NCBI GenBank assembly: GCA_963741945.1
Contig: CAVUKA010000005.1
Span: forward strand, 544,001-608,000
DNA from: an uncultured Gemmatimonadales bacterium
GTDB lineage: Bacteria; Gemmatimonadota; Gemmatimonadetes; Longimicrobiales; RSA9
Length of the DNA stretch: 64,000 nucleotides
Direction: 5' to 3'
This document shows positions 38,060-47,616 of the stretch, piece by piece; position 1 is the first letter of the stretch, and every line of letters starts with the position of its first letter. The position numbers and the translations under genes are program-made. A model generated the notes under the pieces. It saw only the letters and a list, made by a program, of their open reading frames with translations, was not told where the DNA came from and did no database searches.

Positions 38060-38230
38060 TCACAACAGAGAAGCGGAAACCAGGTCACGGTGGAGCCCCG
38101 CCGCGCTCTCCAACAAGCTTACATTGACAGGCCCCGGGAACCAGCCAAACCACGCGCACCCGAAGCCGTACAGGAAGGCCAGTATGGCCAGAGACCCGGC
38201 AAACGCATATCTCTCAGGGCGGCTCTTCAT
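38060..38230 (-). CDS. 56-aa single-TM ORF or gene fragment
   Basis: Manually translated MKSRPERYAFAGSLAILAFLYGFGCAWFGWFPG...; ATGA overlap with the upstream gene's stop. Confidence 0.35.
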   Translation of the reverse strand: MKSRPERYAFAGSLAILAFLYGFGCAWFGWFPGPVNVSLLESAAGLHRDLVSASLL

Positions 38231-39822
38231 CTACTCTGTCCTGCGCGTCCTGTTATATCCGGGGGCGGATCTGGCGTACGGACGCGTGTGGCCTGCTGGC
38301 ACAGTTGCCATACGGTTATTTTCGGCTGACGCTGACCTGCGTCCGTAACACGCACCGGTTCATCACACGCTCGCCCGGGCGCTAGAGATCTACGTAGCCA
38401 GAATGACCTCCCGGCACGTTCCGCACAGAAGATGTACTCGGCTTCGAGAGCGCGCTTGAAGCGGTTGGCGAAGTCACGACGCTGCAGCCTCAGCGCCACT
38501 GAGTCGACGATCACGACGAGAGCCGGCCGCCCAGTCTGGAGCCGTGAAACTACTGTATCCTGAACGGACGGCACGGACACAAGCTGCATCACGTACAATT
38601 GCTCGGGGACGGCGGGTGCCCGCTCGGCAACGAAGTAATCCTCGGGTTCAGAGGCGGCGATGTAGATCGACTCGGATGGCAGCGTGAGTTGCTGGATCTT
38701 GCTGGCGACCGTGTCGAGCGCTGCGGCCCTGCCTTCGTGCCACCAGTAGTCCTGCCACTGGCGATCGCCGCGCCACCACTTTGCTTCCAGCGGGAGCAGG
38801 CCGCAGGCGAGCACGACGACAATGGCTACCCCAGGGCGAATGCGCCTGAGATCCGCCAGGGCCATGATGCCGAAGGCGCCCAGGATTGCCAGGGGCGGCA
38901 CGAATGTGATGAAGTAATGAGGGTACCACTTCGAACCAATGAGGCCCCCAGCCAAGGAGGACAGGATCCACAGTGACGCAAACCACCGGATTTCGGCGGA
39001 AGACGTGCGTTCGTCCGCAGGAAGGGTCGCGCGGGGGAGAACGCCGAGAGCCAGCGGAAGCAGTAACGCGGGAGCAGCCCGGAGGGCTCCGTAGATGAAA
39101 CGCCCTATTTGCAGTGTGGGGGGGGCGGTCATGCCCGAGTCGACCAGAAGGCGCTGACTTACCAGCGAGTACCAGTAGCCCTGCCAGTCCGCCGCGGCCC
39201 CCGCGAGCATGGAAAAGGCTGGCCACACAGCAAACGTCCACAAAGAGGTCAGCGCTTCTCGCGCTTCGCGCCGCCTCGCGGCCCATGCGAAGAGGAGGAC
39301 GAACTGGCCGGCCCCCACGGGCTTGATGAATGCCGCCAGGCCTATCCAGAAACCGGCTCGCTTCCACTGGCCGGCCCAGATGGCGGCCGCCGAGAGCACG
39401 AGCGGCAGGTTGACCCATGTTTCGGCGTTCGCCGAGAAGCCTTCCACGCTCGCCGTGGTGGAAAGCACGGCGAACAACGCGGCTGCGAGCCAACCCCCGG
39501 CGCACCCCAGTACCGGCCGGGTGGTCCAACCGAGAAGGACTGATGTGGCCGCTACCCACAGCGCTGCACCCACCCGGAACCCCGTAACGGAATCGCCGAA
39601 CAGGCGCATGGCAGCCGTGAAGAGCCAGAAAATGCCTTGCGGGCGATCGAACGGAAAGGTGGAATAGAGCCCGCCGTGCCGGACGACCAACGCGTAAGCC
39701 GCAGCGTCCGGGGAGGGAGGGGCGTCAAGAAACAACATCCGCAGCGCAACGGCGAGAGCGAACACGCCACCCGCCAACCAGAAGTCCCCGGCGCTCCAAC
39801 GCCGTTCCCGGAGCACCGTCAC
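38227..39822 (-). CDS. ArnT/PMT-like (GT-C) glycosyltransferase
   Basis: PDAAAY, FDRPQG, ANAE, IKP and YPHYF motifs, many TMs; GTGA overlap with the GtrA stop. Confidence 0.75.
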   Translation of the reverse strand: MTVLRERRWSAGDFWLAGGVFALAVALRMLFLDAPPSPDAAAYALVVRHGGLYSTFPFDRPQGIFWLFTAAMRLFGDSVTGFRVGAALWVAATSVLLGWTTRPVLGCAGGWLAAALFAVLSTTASVEGFSANAETWVNLPLVLSAAAIWAGQWKRAGFWIGLAAFIKPVGAGQFVLLFAWAARRREAREALTSLWTFAVWPAFSMLAGAAADWQGYWYSLVSQRLLVDSGMTAPPTLQIGRFIYGALRAAPALLLPLALGVLPRATLPADERTSSAEIRWFASLWILSSLAGGLIGSKWYPHYFITFVPPLAILGAFGIMALADLRRIRPGVAIVVVLACGLLPLEAKWWRGDRQWQDYWWHEGRAAALDTVASKIQQLTLPSESIYIAASEPEDYFVAERAPAVPEQLYVMQLVSVPSVQDTVVSRLQTGRPALVVIVDSVALRLQRRDFANRFKRALEAEYIFCAERAGRSFWLRRSLAPGRACDEPVRVTDAGQRQPKITVWQLCQQATRVRTPDPPPDITGRAGQSR

Positions 39823-40277
39823 CCTTCCCCTGCAACAAGCGGCCGTGCCCACGTGAAGGCGTTGTTAAGAACAAAGTTGAGGACCAGCATGGCTGCGATC
39901 GCAGTGGCATTGGCCAACATCAGCCAACCCATGCCCCACCACGCGGTGAGTGTCGTGACAGTTGCGACAGTTCCGGTGAGCGTGAGCAAGGATATGGACT
40001 GAAACCGAAGGAGCCGCTGAGCCCAGCCGTTCCGGGTAGTGCGCCCTCTGAACGTGAACGTATCGTTGCCGACGAAATTGAACAGGATCGCAGTCTCCGT
40101 GGCGGTGGCGGAACTCAGAATGACCGGCCATCCGACAGCGTGCACGCAGACCCAGAGAACGGCCATGTTGACAGTTGTCCCAGTCCCGCCCACCAGAGCA
40201 TAGCGAACGAAAGTCCGAAGATCCTCAAAGCTGTGAGGGAGCCGGTATTTGGTCGGGGTATTACACGCGACAGTCAT
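39819..40277 (-). CDS. GtrA family protein (polyprenyl-P-sugar flippase)
   Basis: FVRYALVGG.GT.VN, NF.GNDTFTF and LNFVLNNAFTW; four TMs. Confidence 0.88.
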   Translation of the reverse strand: MTVACNTPTKYRLPHSFEDLRTFVRYALVGGTGTTVNMAVLWVCVHAVGWPVILSSATATETAILFNFVGNDTFTFRGRTTRNGWAQRLLRFQSISLLTLTGTVATVTTLTAWWGMGWLMLANATAIAAMLVLNFVLNNAFTWARPLVAGEG

Positions 40278-41764
40278 GACGCTGGAGCAGCAAGGTCAAC
40301 CGGGTGAATATTCTCCTGTTCGCGCCAGCCATCACAAGCCGGTTCCCCCAGCCGCATCTCCTCGTGGTATTCCATGTCGCTGTTCACTGCCCAAACGTCA
40401 TGGTGCGCGCCGAAGATGTTTTCGACCGCGAGCATGGCCGTGAGCATGGAGTGGTCCTGGTTGTTGTACTTGTGCATCCCGTTTCGGCCGGCCACCTGCA
40501 GGTTCGCTACCTCGTCGAGGAAAGCGCGCACCTCTCCGAGGTGGTGTTGATACGCCCCATCATAGACGGGGTACGCTTTCGTCATACGAACGACGTGCCC
40601 GCGGACGACCGTGGCGTCCCCCGACAGCCCGAGCTGCCGCAGCTCGCGCGTGGCCTGCTCGATCAAAGCGCCGTCATCGCTGCTCCAGAGACCATCGCCC
40701 TCGAAGCAGAAGTACTCCATTCCGAGGCAGGTGCGCCCCGCCTCCGGGACCATGGCGCGGCTCCAGTTGTTGAAGTTCTGGATCCGGCCCACCTGGACAT
40801 CGGGGGAGTGCACGTACACCCAGTTGTCCGGGAACAGCGGCTCGTCATCCAGAATCAGGGCAACCACCAGGAAGTCGCGGTAGCGGAGGCTCCGGCCCGA
40901 CTCCCGCGCGGTCGCCGGCGCGCTGTCGCCGAACGCGCGCACCAGCGCCCGCAATGGCATGGTGGAGATCACGTGGTCCGCCTCGAGCGTGACCCCACCG
41001 TCCGGGCCCTGGGCCTCCACGCCGGTCACGCTCCCGTTCTTGCGCAGGAAACCCACGGCACGGTGACCCATGAGGATCCGCCCGCCGAACTCCTCGACGC
41101 GCGCCGCCGCCTTCTCCCACATCTGGCCGGGCCCGAGGCGCGGGTACTGGAACTCCTCGATCAGGCTCTTGATGTCGTCGGAGCGGCGCTGGATCGGGAG
41201 CGCCCGCAGGATGGCCTTCCCGAGCGACAGGTTCTGGATCCGCTGCGCGGCCCACTCCGCCCGGATCTCCGTGCACGGCATCCCCCAGACCTTCTCGGTG
41301 TACGTCTTGAAGAACGTCCGGTACAGCGCGCGTCCGAAACGGTTCGTCACCCACTGCTGGAAAGTGTCCTCATCCTTTGACGGGAAGAGCCTGGCCCATG
41401 CATAGCTCAGGACCATGCCGGCGGCGCGGAAGAGTCCCAGACCCCGGAGCGCGTTGCCGGCCTTGAGCGGGTAATCGAAGAAGCGGCCCCGATAGTAGAT
41501 TCGCGACAGTCGGGGTACGGAGATCATCTCCTCGCCCAGCCACTCGTGCCAGAGCGCCTGCACTTCCGGGATCTTCGTGAAGAAGCGATGCCCGCCGATG
41601 TCAAAGCGATAGCCGTCGCGCACGACGGTACGCGAGATGCCGCCCACCTGGTCGTCCGCCTCCAGCACCGTCACGGCCACCCCACGCTTCGCCAGCATGT
41701 AGGCGGCCGTGAGTCCGGCGGGGCCGGCGCCGATGATGACGACTTGCTGGCTGCGTGGATCCAT
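40274..41764 (-). CDS. FAD-dependent oxidoreductase, UDP-galactopyranose mutase/protoporphyrinogen oxidase-like
   Basis: GAGPAG, GGISRT, FDIGGHRF, AYPVY, GRNGMHKYNNQDHS. Confidence 0.85.
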   Translation of the reverse strand: MDPRSQQVVIIGAGPAGLTAAYMLAKRGVAVTVLEADDQVGGISRTVVRDGYRFDIGGHRFFTKIPEVQALWHEWLGEEMISVPRLSRIYYRGRFFDYPLKAGNALRGLGLFRAAGMVLSYAWARLFPSKDEDTFQQWVTNRFGRALYRTFFKTYTEKVWGMPCTEIRAEWAAQRIQNLSLGKAILRALPIQRRSDDIKSLIEEFQYPRLGPGQMWEKAAARVEEFGGRILMGHRAVGFLRKNGSVTGVEAQGPDGGVTLEADHVISTMPLRALVRAFGDSAPATARESGRSLRYRDFLVVALILDDEPLFPDNWVYVHSPDVQVGRIQNFNNWSRAMVPEAGRTCLGMEYFCFEGDGLWSSDDGALIEQATRELRQLGLSGDATVVRGHVVRMTKAYPVYDGAYQHHLGEVRAFLDEVANLQVAGRNGMHKYNNQDHSMLTAMLAVENIFGAHHDVWAVNSDMEYHEEMRLGEPACDGWREQENIHPVDLAAPAS

Positions 41765-41805
41765 GGCGGTTCAGCTCAATGTTGCGGTCCGGGGGCCGGA
41801 AAGAG

Positions 41806-41821
41806 AGCAGTGGCCATGCCG
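41806..41821 (-). promoter_or_regulatory. sigma54 -24/-12 promoter of the glycosylation cassette
   Basis: Minus strand CGGCAT-GGCCA-CTGCT (GG-N10-GC), about 40 nt before ATG 41764. Confidence 0.6.
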
Positions 41822-41908
41822 AGCGTCGACGCGTCGGGCTGACCCCCCGATGCCGCTGCAAATTCAGGGAAAACCCACAGTTGGCGCGGGCTTGCCGGCG
41901 TCACCCGG

Positions 41909-41947
41909 TGTTCCACCGCGGAACCGAGGCAGTGCCGACCCGGAACA
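41909..41947. promoter_or_regulatory. tandem candidate UAS sites, 22 bp apart
   Basis: TGTTCCACCGCGGAACC (41909-41925) and AGTGCCGACCCGGAACA (41931-41947). Confidence 0.6.
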
Positions 41948-42120
41948 GCGGCGCCATGCCCGCTTCGGGGTCCTGAGCCTCGCCTTCGAACTTCCGGGCG
42001 CAGACCCGAGCCGCCGAAGAGCCGGGGATCGAGAAGCTTGCGCGTGCAGGCGAGAAAGGGAACGATTACTTTGTGTTTCGAAACTTCATACGCGCCACAG
42101 CGAAATTGCCGGAGCCCAGC

Positions 42121-43812
42121 ATGGTGCTGCCCCTGATCATCGCGGTCGTGTTGATTGCGGCCCTCGTGGCGGCCCTCGTCCTTTTCCTCGGCGGGGGCGA
42201 CCGCCGGCGCGGGCGGCTCCGTCTCGTCCGCCGGATCCGCTCGCTTCGCCGGCGGCGCCTGTGGTCGCTGCTCCGGCGTCTGGGCCGGGGGCTGGGCATG
42301 GCGTCGCAGCGGCCGGGGCGGCGTTCGGTGGCCACGCAGCTGCGGCGGGTGGCGCAGCGGCTGGAGGGCGCGCACCGGGCGGGGCGGGATTTCGAGAGCG
42401 CGCAGCGCGAGCTCGCGCAGGGGGTGGAGCGGGTGCGGCGGGTGGTGGAGGCGCGGTCGCTGCGCTCCGAGAGCGCCCGCCGTCCGGGCACCCCGTCCGG
42501 GGTGACCACGGCCGGGCTGGTCCTGGGGCTGCTCATCGGCATGGCGGCGCTGGCGCTGGCCGCGGGGAACGCGTGGCTCCTGGTCCGGTGGGTGACCCCG
42601 GTGGTGGGGCGGGTGGCATGGTTCCCGTTCACGGTTCCCGCGGGTCCGGTTCCCGGCGCGGGGCTCGCCGCGCTGCCGCTCTTCCTCGGGCTCGGCTACT
42701 ACGCGCTCCTTTCGATGCGCCAGATCGGCGGCCGCGTCCTGCTGGTCCTGGCGGCGCTCGTGATCCTGGGGCTCGGCGTCCTGGAGGGTGGCGCGGCGGT
42801 GGCCGCGCTGAACGCGCACGGCCTGGTGGCGTTCGACTGGTGGGGCGCCATGGCGGTGGCGGCGCTGCTGGGCGTGGCGGCGGGGCTGGTCCCGCCGGTG
42901 ACGGCGGTGACGGCGCACGCGGCGGTGGACCGGCTCCATGGCTGGTACCTGGGGCGGGAGCGGCGGGCGTCGGCGCGGGTGGCCACGGCGCAGTACCGGG
43001 CCGCGAACGACCTTCCGGGCGTGCTGGAGCGGATGGAGCGTTCGCTGGGGGTGGTGCAGGCGGAGCTTTCCGCGCTGGCCATGGCGGGGGCCGGGCGGCT
43101 GCTGCTGCACCCGGGCGAGGAGGCATCGGTGGAGCGGGCGGTGCGGGTGCTCCGCCGGCTGGCGGCGGAAGTGGAGGAGGACTACGACGCCCCCGGCGAG
43201 CCCCGCGCCGGGGCGGAGACGCCGGCGTACCTGCTGCGGGACCTGGCGGCGCTGGGCGCGTGGGGGCTGGCCACGAGCGCCGCGCTGCTCCTTTCCCTGA
43301 CGGCCGTCGCCACGGGGATCCCGGCCGGCGTCCCCACCTCCCTGATCGCGCTGCTCATCACCCTGGTCGGCCTGCTCGGGATGGGTGGGCTCATCATGCG
43401 CTGGGTGGTCTCCCGCACGCTGGGCGCGGAAGAGCCCGTGGTACGGGCGGCCACCGTGCTGGTCTGGGCTTTTGCCGCCGCGTGCGCCGGCGCCGCGCTG
43501 GGTCCGCTGACCGCCACGGGGCCGTACTTCCGCGGCAGCGCGCTCACTGCGGGCGCGACGCTCACGCTCTTCATCCTGGTGGCCGGGACCGCGTCCATCC
43601 GGCTCCCGGAGTCCGTGACGGCCGCGGCCACGGTGGTGTACCTGATCGTGGCCGGCGTACTCTGGCTGCTGCTGCGGCTTTTCGACCTGGCGCTGGCCGC
43701 CCTGGACGCGGTCCTGGTCGGTTTCCGGCGACGCCCGTCCCGCCGCCGCGCGCGGCCGGAGCGCCCCCGCACGCCCGTGAGCGCCCTTGGCTCCGGGCAC
43801 GGGCCGAGCTAG
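42121..43812 (+). CDS. hypothetical multi-pass membrane protein
   Basis: Long GC3-biased ORF; two TM clusters separated by helical segments; no recognised family. Confidence 0.65.
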   Translation: MVLPLIIAVVLIAALVAALVLFLGGGDRRRGRLRLVRRIRSLRRRRLWSLLRRLGRGLGMASQRPGRRSVATQLRRVAQRLEGAHRAGRDFESAQRELAQGVERVRRVVEARSLRSESARRPGTPSGVTTAGLVLGLLIGMAALALAAGNAWLLVRWVTPVVGRVAWFPFTVPAGPVPGAGLAALPLFLGLGYYALLSMRQIGGRVLLVLAALVILGLGVLEGGAAVAALNAHGLVAFDWWGAMAVAALLGVAAGLVPPVTAVTAHAAVDRLHGWYLGRERRASARVATAQYRAANDLPGVLERMERSLGVVQAELSALAMAGAGRLLLHPGEEASVERAVRVLRRLAAEVEEDYDAPGEPRAGAETPAYLLRDLAALGAWGLATSAALLLSLTAVATGIPAGVPTSLIALLITLVGLLGMGGLIMRWVVSRTLGAEEPVVRAATVLVWAFAAACAGAALGPLTATGPYFRGSALTAGATLTLFILVAGTASIRLPESVTAAATVVYLIVAGVLWLLLRLFDLALAALDAVLVGFRRRPSRRRARPERPRTPVSALGSGHGPS

Positions 43813-43822
43813 CTTCTCGCGC

Positions 43823-44164
43823 ATGAGCACACCCGAGAAGGAGCGGCTGGAGCCCGGCCTCGATTTCACCCGGATCCTGGAAGTGGTGCGCTCGCCGCAG
43901 GCGAGGCCGCTGCTGCGGGAGGCCGCGTGGGCGGCCGGGATCTGTGTGGCGCTGATCGTGGTATCGGCGGTGCTCCTGCCCCGGATCGCCTACACCGTCT
44001 ACCTGACCGTGGGCGTCTTCTTCGCCGCGACGCTCACGGGCGTGTTCGTCTCGCTGGTCGAGAACGAGACGGGCGACCGTCTGCTTCGCTCTCCCCTGCT
44101 CCGCCGCTGGCTCGCCGGCTTCGCCCTGGTCGTTTCCTTCCTCGCCGCCATCATCCTGGTTTGA
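43823..44164 (+). CDS. small hypothetical membrane protein
   Basis: 113 aa, about three TMs; stop overlaps the TTG start of the next gene. Confidence 0.65.
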   Translation: MSTPEKERLEPGLDFTRILEVVRSPQARPLLREAAWAAGICVALIVVSAVLLPRIAYTVYLTVGVFFAATLTGVFVSLVENETGDRLLRSPLLRRWLAGFALVVSFLAAIILV

Positions 44165-45129
44165 CCGCACCCCGCACCGACAGTCCCGCCCTCCTGCTCG
44201 AGGACGTCTCCAAGCACTTCTCCGGACACACGGCCGTGGACGGGCTCAGCCTGGCCATCCGCACCGGCTCCATCCACGGCCTCCTGGGCCCGAACGGCGC
44301 CGGCAAGTCCACCACGCTGCGGATGATCATGAACATCCTGCTGCGCGACGGCGGCCGGATCGAGGTGCTGGGGCGTGACCCCGAGCGGGACCGTGACGTT
44401 CTGCGGCAGGTGGGCTACCTGCCGGAGGAGCGGGGTCTGTACCGGCGGATGAGAGTGCTGGACGTCATCGTCTTCTTCGCCCGTCTGAAGGGGCTGAGCC
44501 GCGGCGAGGCGGCGGCGCGGGGGCGTGAATGGCTGGAGCGGCTCGGGCTCGACGAGTGGGCGGAGGAGCGCGTGGAGGCGCTGTCGAAGGGGATGCAGCA
44601 GAAAGTGCAGTTCATCACCACCGTGCTGCACGAGCCGCCGCTGCTGATCCTGGACGAGCCGCAGTCCGGACTCGACCCGGTCAACCAGGAAGTGCTGGCC
44701 GACACCATCCGCTCCGCCCGAGACGCCGGACGGACGGTGGTGCTGAGCACGCACAACATGGCGCAGGCGGAGGAGCTGTGTGAGGAGGTCACGCTCATCG
44801 CCGGCGGCCGCAAGGTGCTGGAGGGCACCGTGCCCGAGCTCCGGCGTCAGCACCGCACCCCCCGCTTCCGCCTCGCGCTGGAGGACGGCGCCGGGGAGGG
44901 CATGGTGGCGGGGCTGGAGCCGGTGGCCACGGCCGAAGCCCGGGGTCGCACGTGGGAAGTGGAGCTCCGGCCGGGGCGCACCGGACGGGACCTCCTGGAA
45001 GCGGTGGTGGCCGCGCGCCTCCCCCTCGAGCGCTTCGAGCACGTCGAGCCGTCGCTCCACGAGATCTTCCTGGCCACCGTGGGCGGGGACGCGCCCCGGG
45101 CCGCGAGGCGGGAGGCGGTGCATGGCTGA
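44161..45129 (+). CDS. ABC transporter ATP-binding protein (ABC-2/NatA-like)
   Basis: GPNGAGKST, GYLPEERGLY, LSKGMQQK, LILDEP and STH motifs. Confidence 0.93.
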   Translation: MTAPRTDSPALLLEDVSKHFSGHTAVDGLSLAIRTGSIHGLLGPNGAGKSTTLRMIMNILLRDGGRIEVLGRDPERDRDVLRQVGYLPEERGLYRRMRVLDVIVFFARLKGLSRGEAAARGREWLERLGLDEWAEERVEALSKGMQQKVQFITTVLHEPPLLILDEPQSGLDPVNQEVLADTIRSARDAGRTVVLSTHNMAQAEELCEEVTLIAGGRKVLEGTVPELRRQHRTPRFRLALEDGAGEGMVAGLEPVATAEARGRTWEVELRPGRTGRDLLEAVVAARLPLERFEHVEPSLHEIFLATVGGDAPRAARREAVHG

Positions 45130-46435
45130 GCTGCTGATCATCATCGAGCGGGAGTTCCGCGAGCGGGTCCAGACGCGCAGCTTCGTGGTGGGCACGCTCG
45201 CGTTCCCGGTCTTCCTCATCGCCATCCTCCTCCTGCCCACGCTGGGCGGGAGCTCGAGCGGGGAGCGGCGGCTCGTGGTGGTCGATGGCGCGCCCGCCGG
45301 CGTGGCCGACGTTTTCGTCCAGGCCATGCAGTCGCCGCGCGCCGAGGCCGCCGGAGCCGCGGCCGGGGCGCCGGCCGGGGCGGGCGAGGCGGAGGCGCCG
45401 CCCGGCTACGACATCCAGCGCGTCCCGCTCGCCAGCGCCGACTTCGACCGGCTCAACCGGCGGATCACCGGCAAGGAGCTGGACGCCTACGTGGTGCTCG
45501 GCCCCGCCACCGTGGACAGCGGCCGGGTGGAGCTGCGGGCGAGAAACATCACGAACCGGCTCCTGCTGCGCGACGTGCGTGCCGCCGCCACCGCCGCGGT
45601 CCAGACGCGGCGGCTCGGCTCGGCCGGGCTCGACCCGTCGGTGGTGGGCCAGCTCATGCACCCGGTCACGGTGCGCACCGCGCGCATCACGGAAGCGGGG
45701 GAATCGGCGGGCAACGCCGAGAGCACGTTCTTCGTGGCCTACATCCTGGCGTTCATGGCCTACTTCGTCATCGCCATGTACGGGCACGCGGTCATGCGCA
45801 GCGTGATCCAGGAGAAGACCACGCGCATCTCGGAGATCCTGGTCTCGACGGTGCGCGCGGGTCGGCTCATGGGCGGGAAGATCGCGGGCGTGAGCGCCGC
45901 CGCCCTCCTCCAGCTGGCGGTCTGGGCGGCGATCATCATGCTCGTGACCAGCCAGTCCGACCTCCTGCGCGAACAGTTCGGCGTATCCGCATCCACCATG
46001 GACGCCGTGCGGCTCCCGGGCGGCATCGTGGCGGCGCTGCTCGCTTTCTTCGTGCTCGGGTTCCTGGTCTACGCGTCGCTGTTCGCCGGCCTCGGCGCGT
46101 CCATGAGCACGGAGCAGGAAGCGCAGCCCTACCAGATGATGCTCATGCTCCCGCTCTTCCTCCCCCTCCTCTTCCTCGGCGCCATCACCAACGAGCCGGA
46201 CGGCGCCATCGCCACCTTCCTCGGGCTCTTCCCCCTCACCGCCCCCGTGGCCATGCCCATGCGCCTCGCCGCCGCGCCCGCGAACTGGTCGCAGGTGGGC
46301 GTCGCCCTCGCCATCATGGTCCTCACCGCCGCCCTCATCGCCTGGGTCGCCGGCAAGATCTATCGCGCCGGGATCCTGGCCACCGGGAAGAAAGCCACGC
46401 TCCACGAGCTCGTGCGCTGGATCCGGGCCGCCTGA
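45122..46435 (+). CDS. ABC-2 type permease (NatB/YhaP-like)
   Basis: IIEREFRERV, VIQEKTTRISEILVS, LMGGKIAG, AGKIYRAGIL. Confidence 0.9.
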   Translation: MAELLIIIEREFRERVQTRSFVVGTLAFPVFLIAILLLPTLGGSSSGERRLVVVDGAPAGVADVFVQAMQSPRAEAAGAAAGAPAGAGEAEAPPGYDIQRVPLASADFDRLNRRITGKELDAYVVLGPATVDSGRVELRARNITNRLLLRDVRAAATAAVQTRRLGSAGLDPSVVGQLMHPVTVRTARITEAGESAGNAESTFFVAYILAFMAYFVIAMYGHAVMRSVIQEKTTRISEILVSTVRAGRLMGGKIAGVSAAALLQLAVWAAIIMLVTSQSDLLREQFGVSASTMDAVRLPGGIVAALLAFFVLGFLVYASLFAGLGASMSTEQEAQPYQMMLMLPLFLPLLFLGAITNEPDGAIATFLGLFPLTAPVAMPMRLAAAPANWSQVGVALAIMVLTAALIAWVAGKIYRAGILATGKKATLHELVRWIRAA

Positions 46436-46523
46436 GCGCTCGCTGAACGGCCGTATTCCCCCCTCACGACGGTACGGTTCGTGCGCCTCATCGCGCACGA
46501 ACGAACGTCGGAGGGAGGGTAGC

Positions 46524-47603
46524 TTGGTCGTTTCGATCCTGGTCACCATTGGCGTGCTGGCGCTGCTCATCCTGGTCCACGAGCTGGGCCATTTCGCGGC
46601 CGCCCGCTGGCTGGACATCCGCGTGCCCCGCTTCTCCATCGGCCTCGGCCCGAAGCTTTTCGGATTCCGCCGCGGCGAGACCGAGTTCCGCCTTTCCGCG
46701 CTTCCGCTGGGCGGCTACGTGAAGATCGCGGGGCTCGAGGAGATGAGCGCGCTGGAGGGCGGCGACGAGGAACAGGCCGGGGCCGACCCGGAGCGGACGT
46801 TCGAAGCGAAATCCGCCGCCGGTCGCGCCCTCGTCCTCTCCGCCGGCGTGGCCATGAACGCGCTCCTCGCGGTCGTCCTGTTCGCCGCCGTGGCAGCCAT
46901 CTGGGGCGCTCCCGTCCCGCCGCCTCCCGTGGTGGGCCACGTGATCGAGAAGTGGGTGCCGGCCAGCGCGGCCGCGCTCCTGGACATCGAACCGGGGGCC
47001 CGCGTGACGCGGGTGGGAACGCGCAGCGTCTCGGACATGGACGACGTGGCCCGCGCGATCATGGCGGCGCGCGCCGGGCCGCTCACCCTCCGCTTCGCCG
47101 ACCGGCCGCCCATCACCATCCGCATTCCACGGAACGCGGCGGAGCGGCGCTTCCTCCCGCTGGCGCTGGAGCCGCCATCGAACGCCCCCGCGCGCGTGCG
47201 CAAGGGTCCCGCCGCCGCCCTGGGCTGGGGCGTCTCGCAGAGCTGGGACATCGTCACCCTCGTGGGCGACTTCGTCAGTGGGCTCTTCGATGGCCGGCAC
47301 TCCGCCCGGGAGCTGGGCGGCCCCATCCTCATCGGGCAGCTCAGCGGCGCCACGGCACGGGCCGGGCTCCCCGTCTTCCTCATGTTCGTCGCCATGCTCT
47401 CCATCAACCTGGCGATCATCAACCTCCTCCCCATCCCCGCGCTGGACGGCGGGCACCTGCTGTTCCTGCTCGTGGAAGTGGTCCGGGGTCGCCCCGCGCC
47501 GCGAAAGGTCCGGGTGGCGCTGGGCAGGGCTGGCGTGGCCATCGTCGCCATGCTGATGGTCTGGGCCGTCACCAGCGACGTGCTGCGCGTGCTCGGGCTG
47601 TGA
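46524..47603 (+). CDS. M50 site-2 metalloprotease, RseP-like with PDZ-like region
   Basis: HELGH, FSIGLGP, PLGGYVKI and NLLPIPALDGG motifs. Confidence 0.9.
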   Translation: MVVSILVTIGVLALLILVHELGHFAAARWLDIRVPRFSIGLGPKLFGFRRGETEFRLSALPLGGYVKIAGLEEMSALEGGDEEQAGADPERTFEAKSAAGRALVLSAGVAMNALLAVVLFAAVAAIWGAPVPPPPVVGHVIEKWVPASAAALLDIEPGARVTRVGTRSVSDMDDVARAIMAARAGPLTLRFADRPPITIRIPRNAAERRFLPLALEPPSNAPARVRKGPAAALGWGVSQSWDIVTLVGDFVSGLFDGRHSARELGGPILIGQLSGATARAGLPVFLMFVAMLSINLAIINLLPIPALDGGHLLFLLVEVVRGRPAPRKVRVALGRAGVAIVAMLMVWAVTSDVLRVLGL

Positions 47604-47616
47604 GACGGCGAGACGC

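Noticed and set aside
29765-41800. Integrative element or prophage
   Set aside because: No integrase, att repeats, tRNA target or phage genes seen
42075-42084. GTTTCGAAAC palindrome as an operator
   Set aside because: Too short, no second intergenic copy noticed and no candidate regulator
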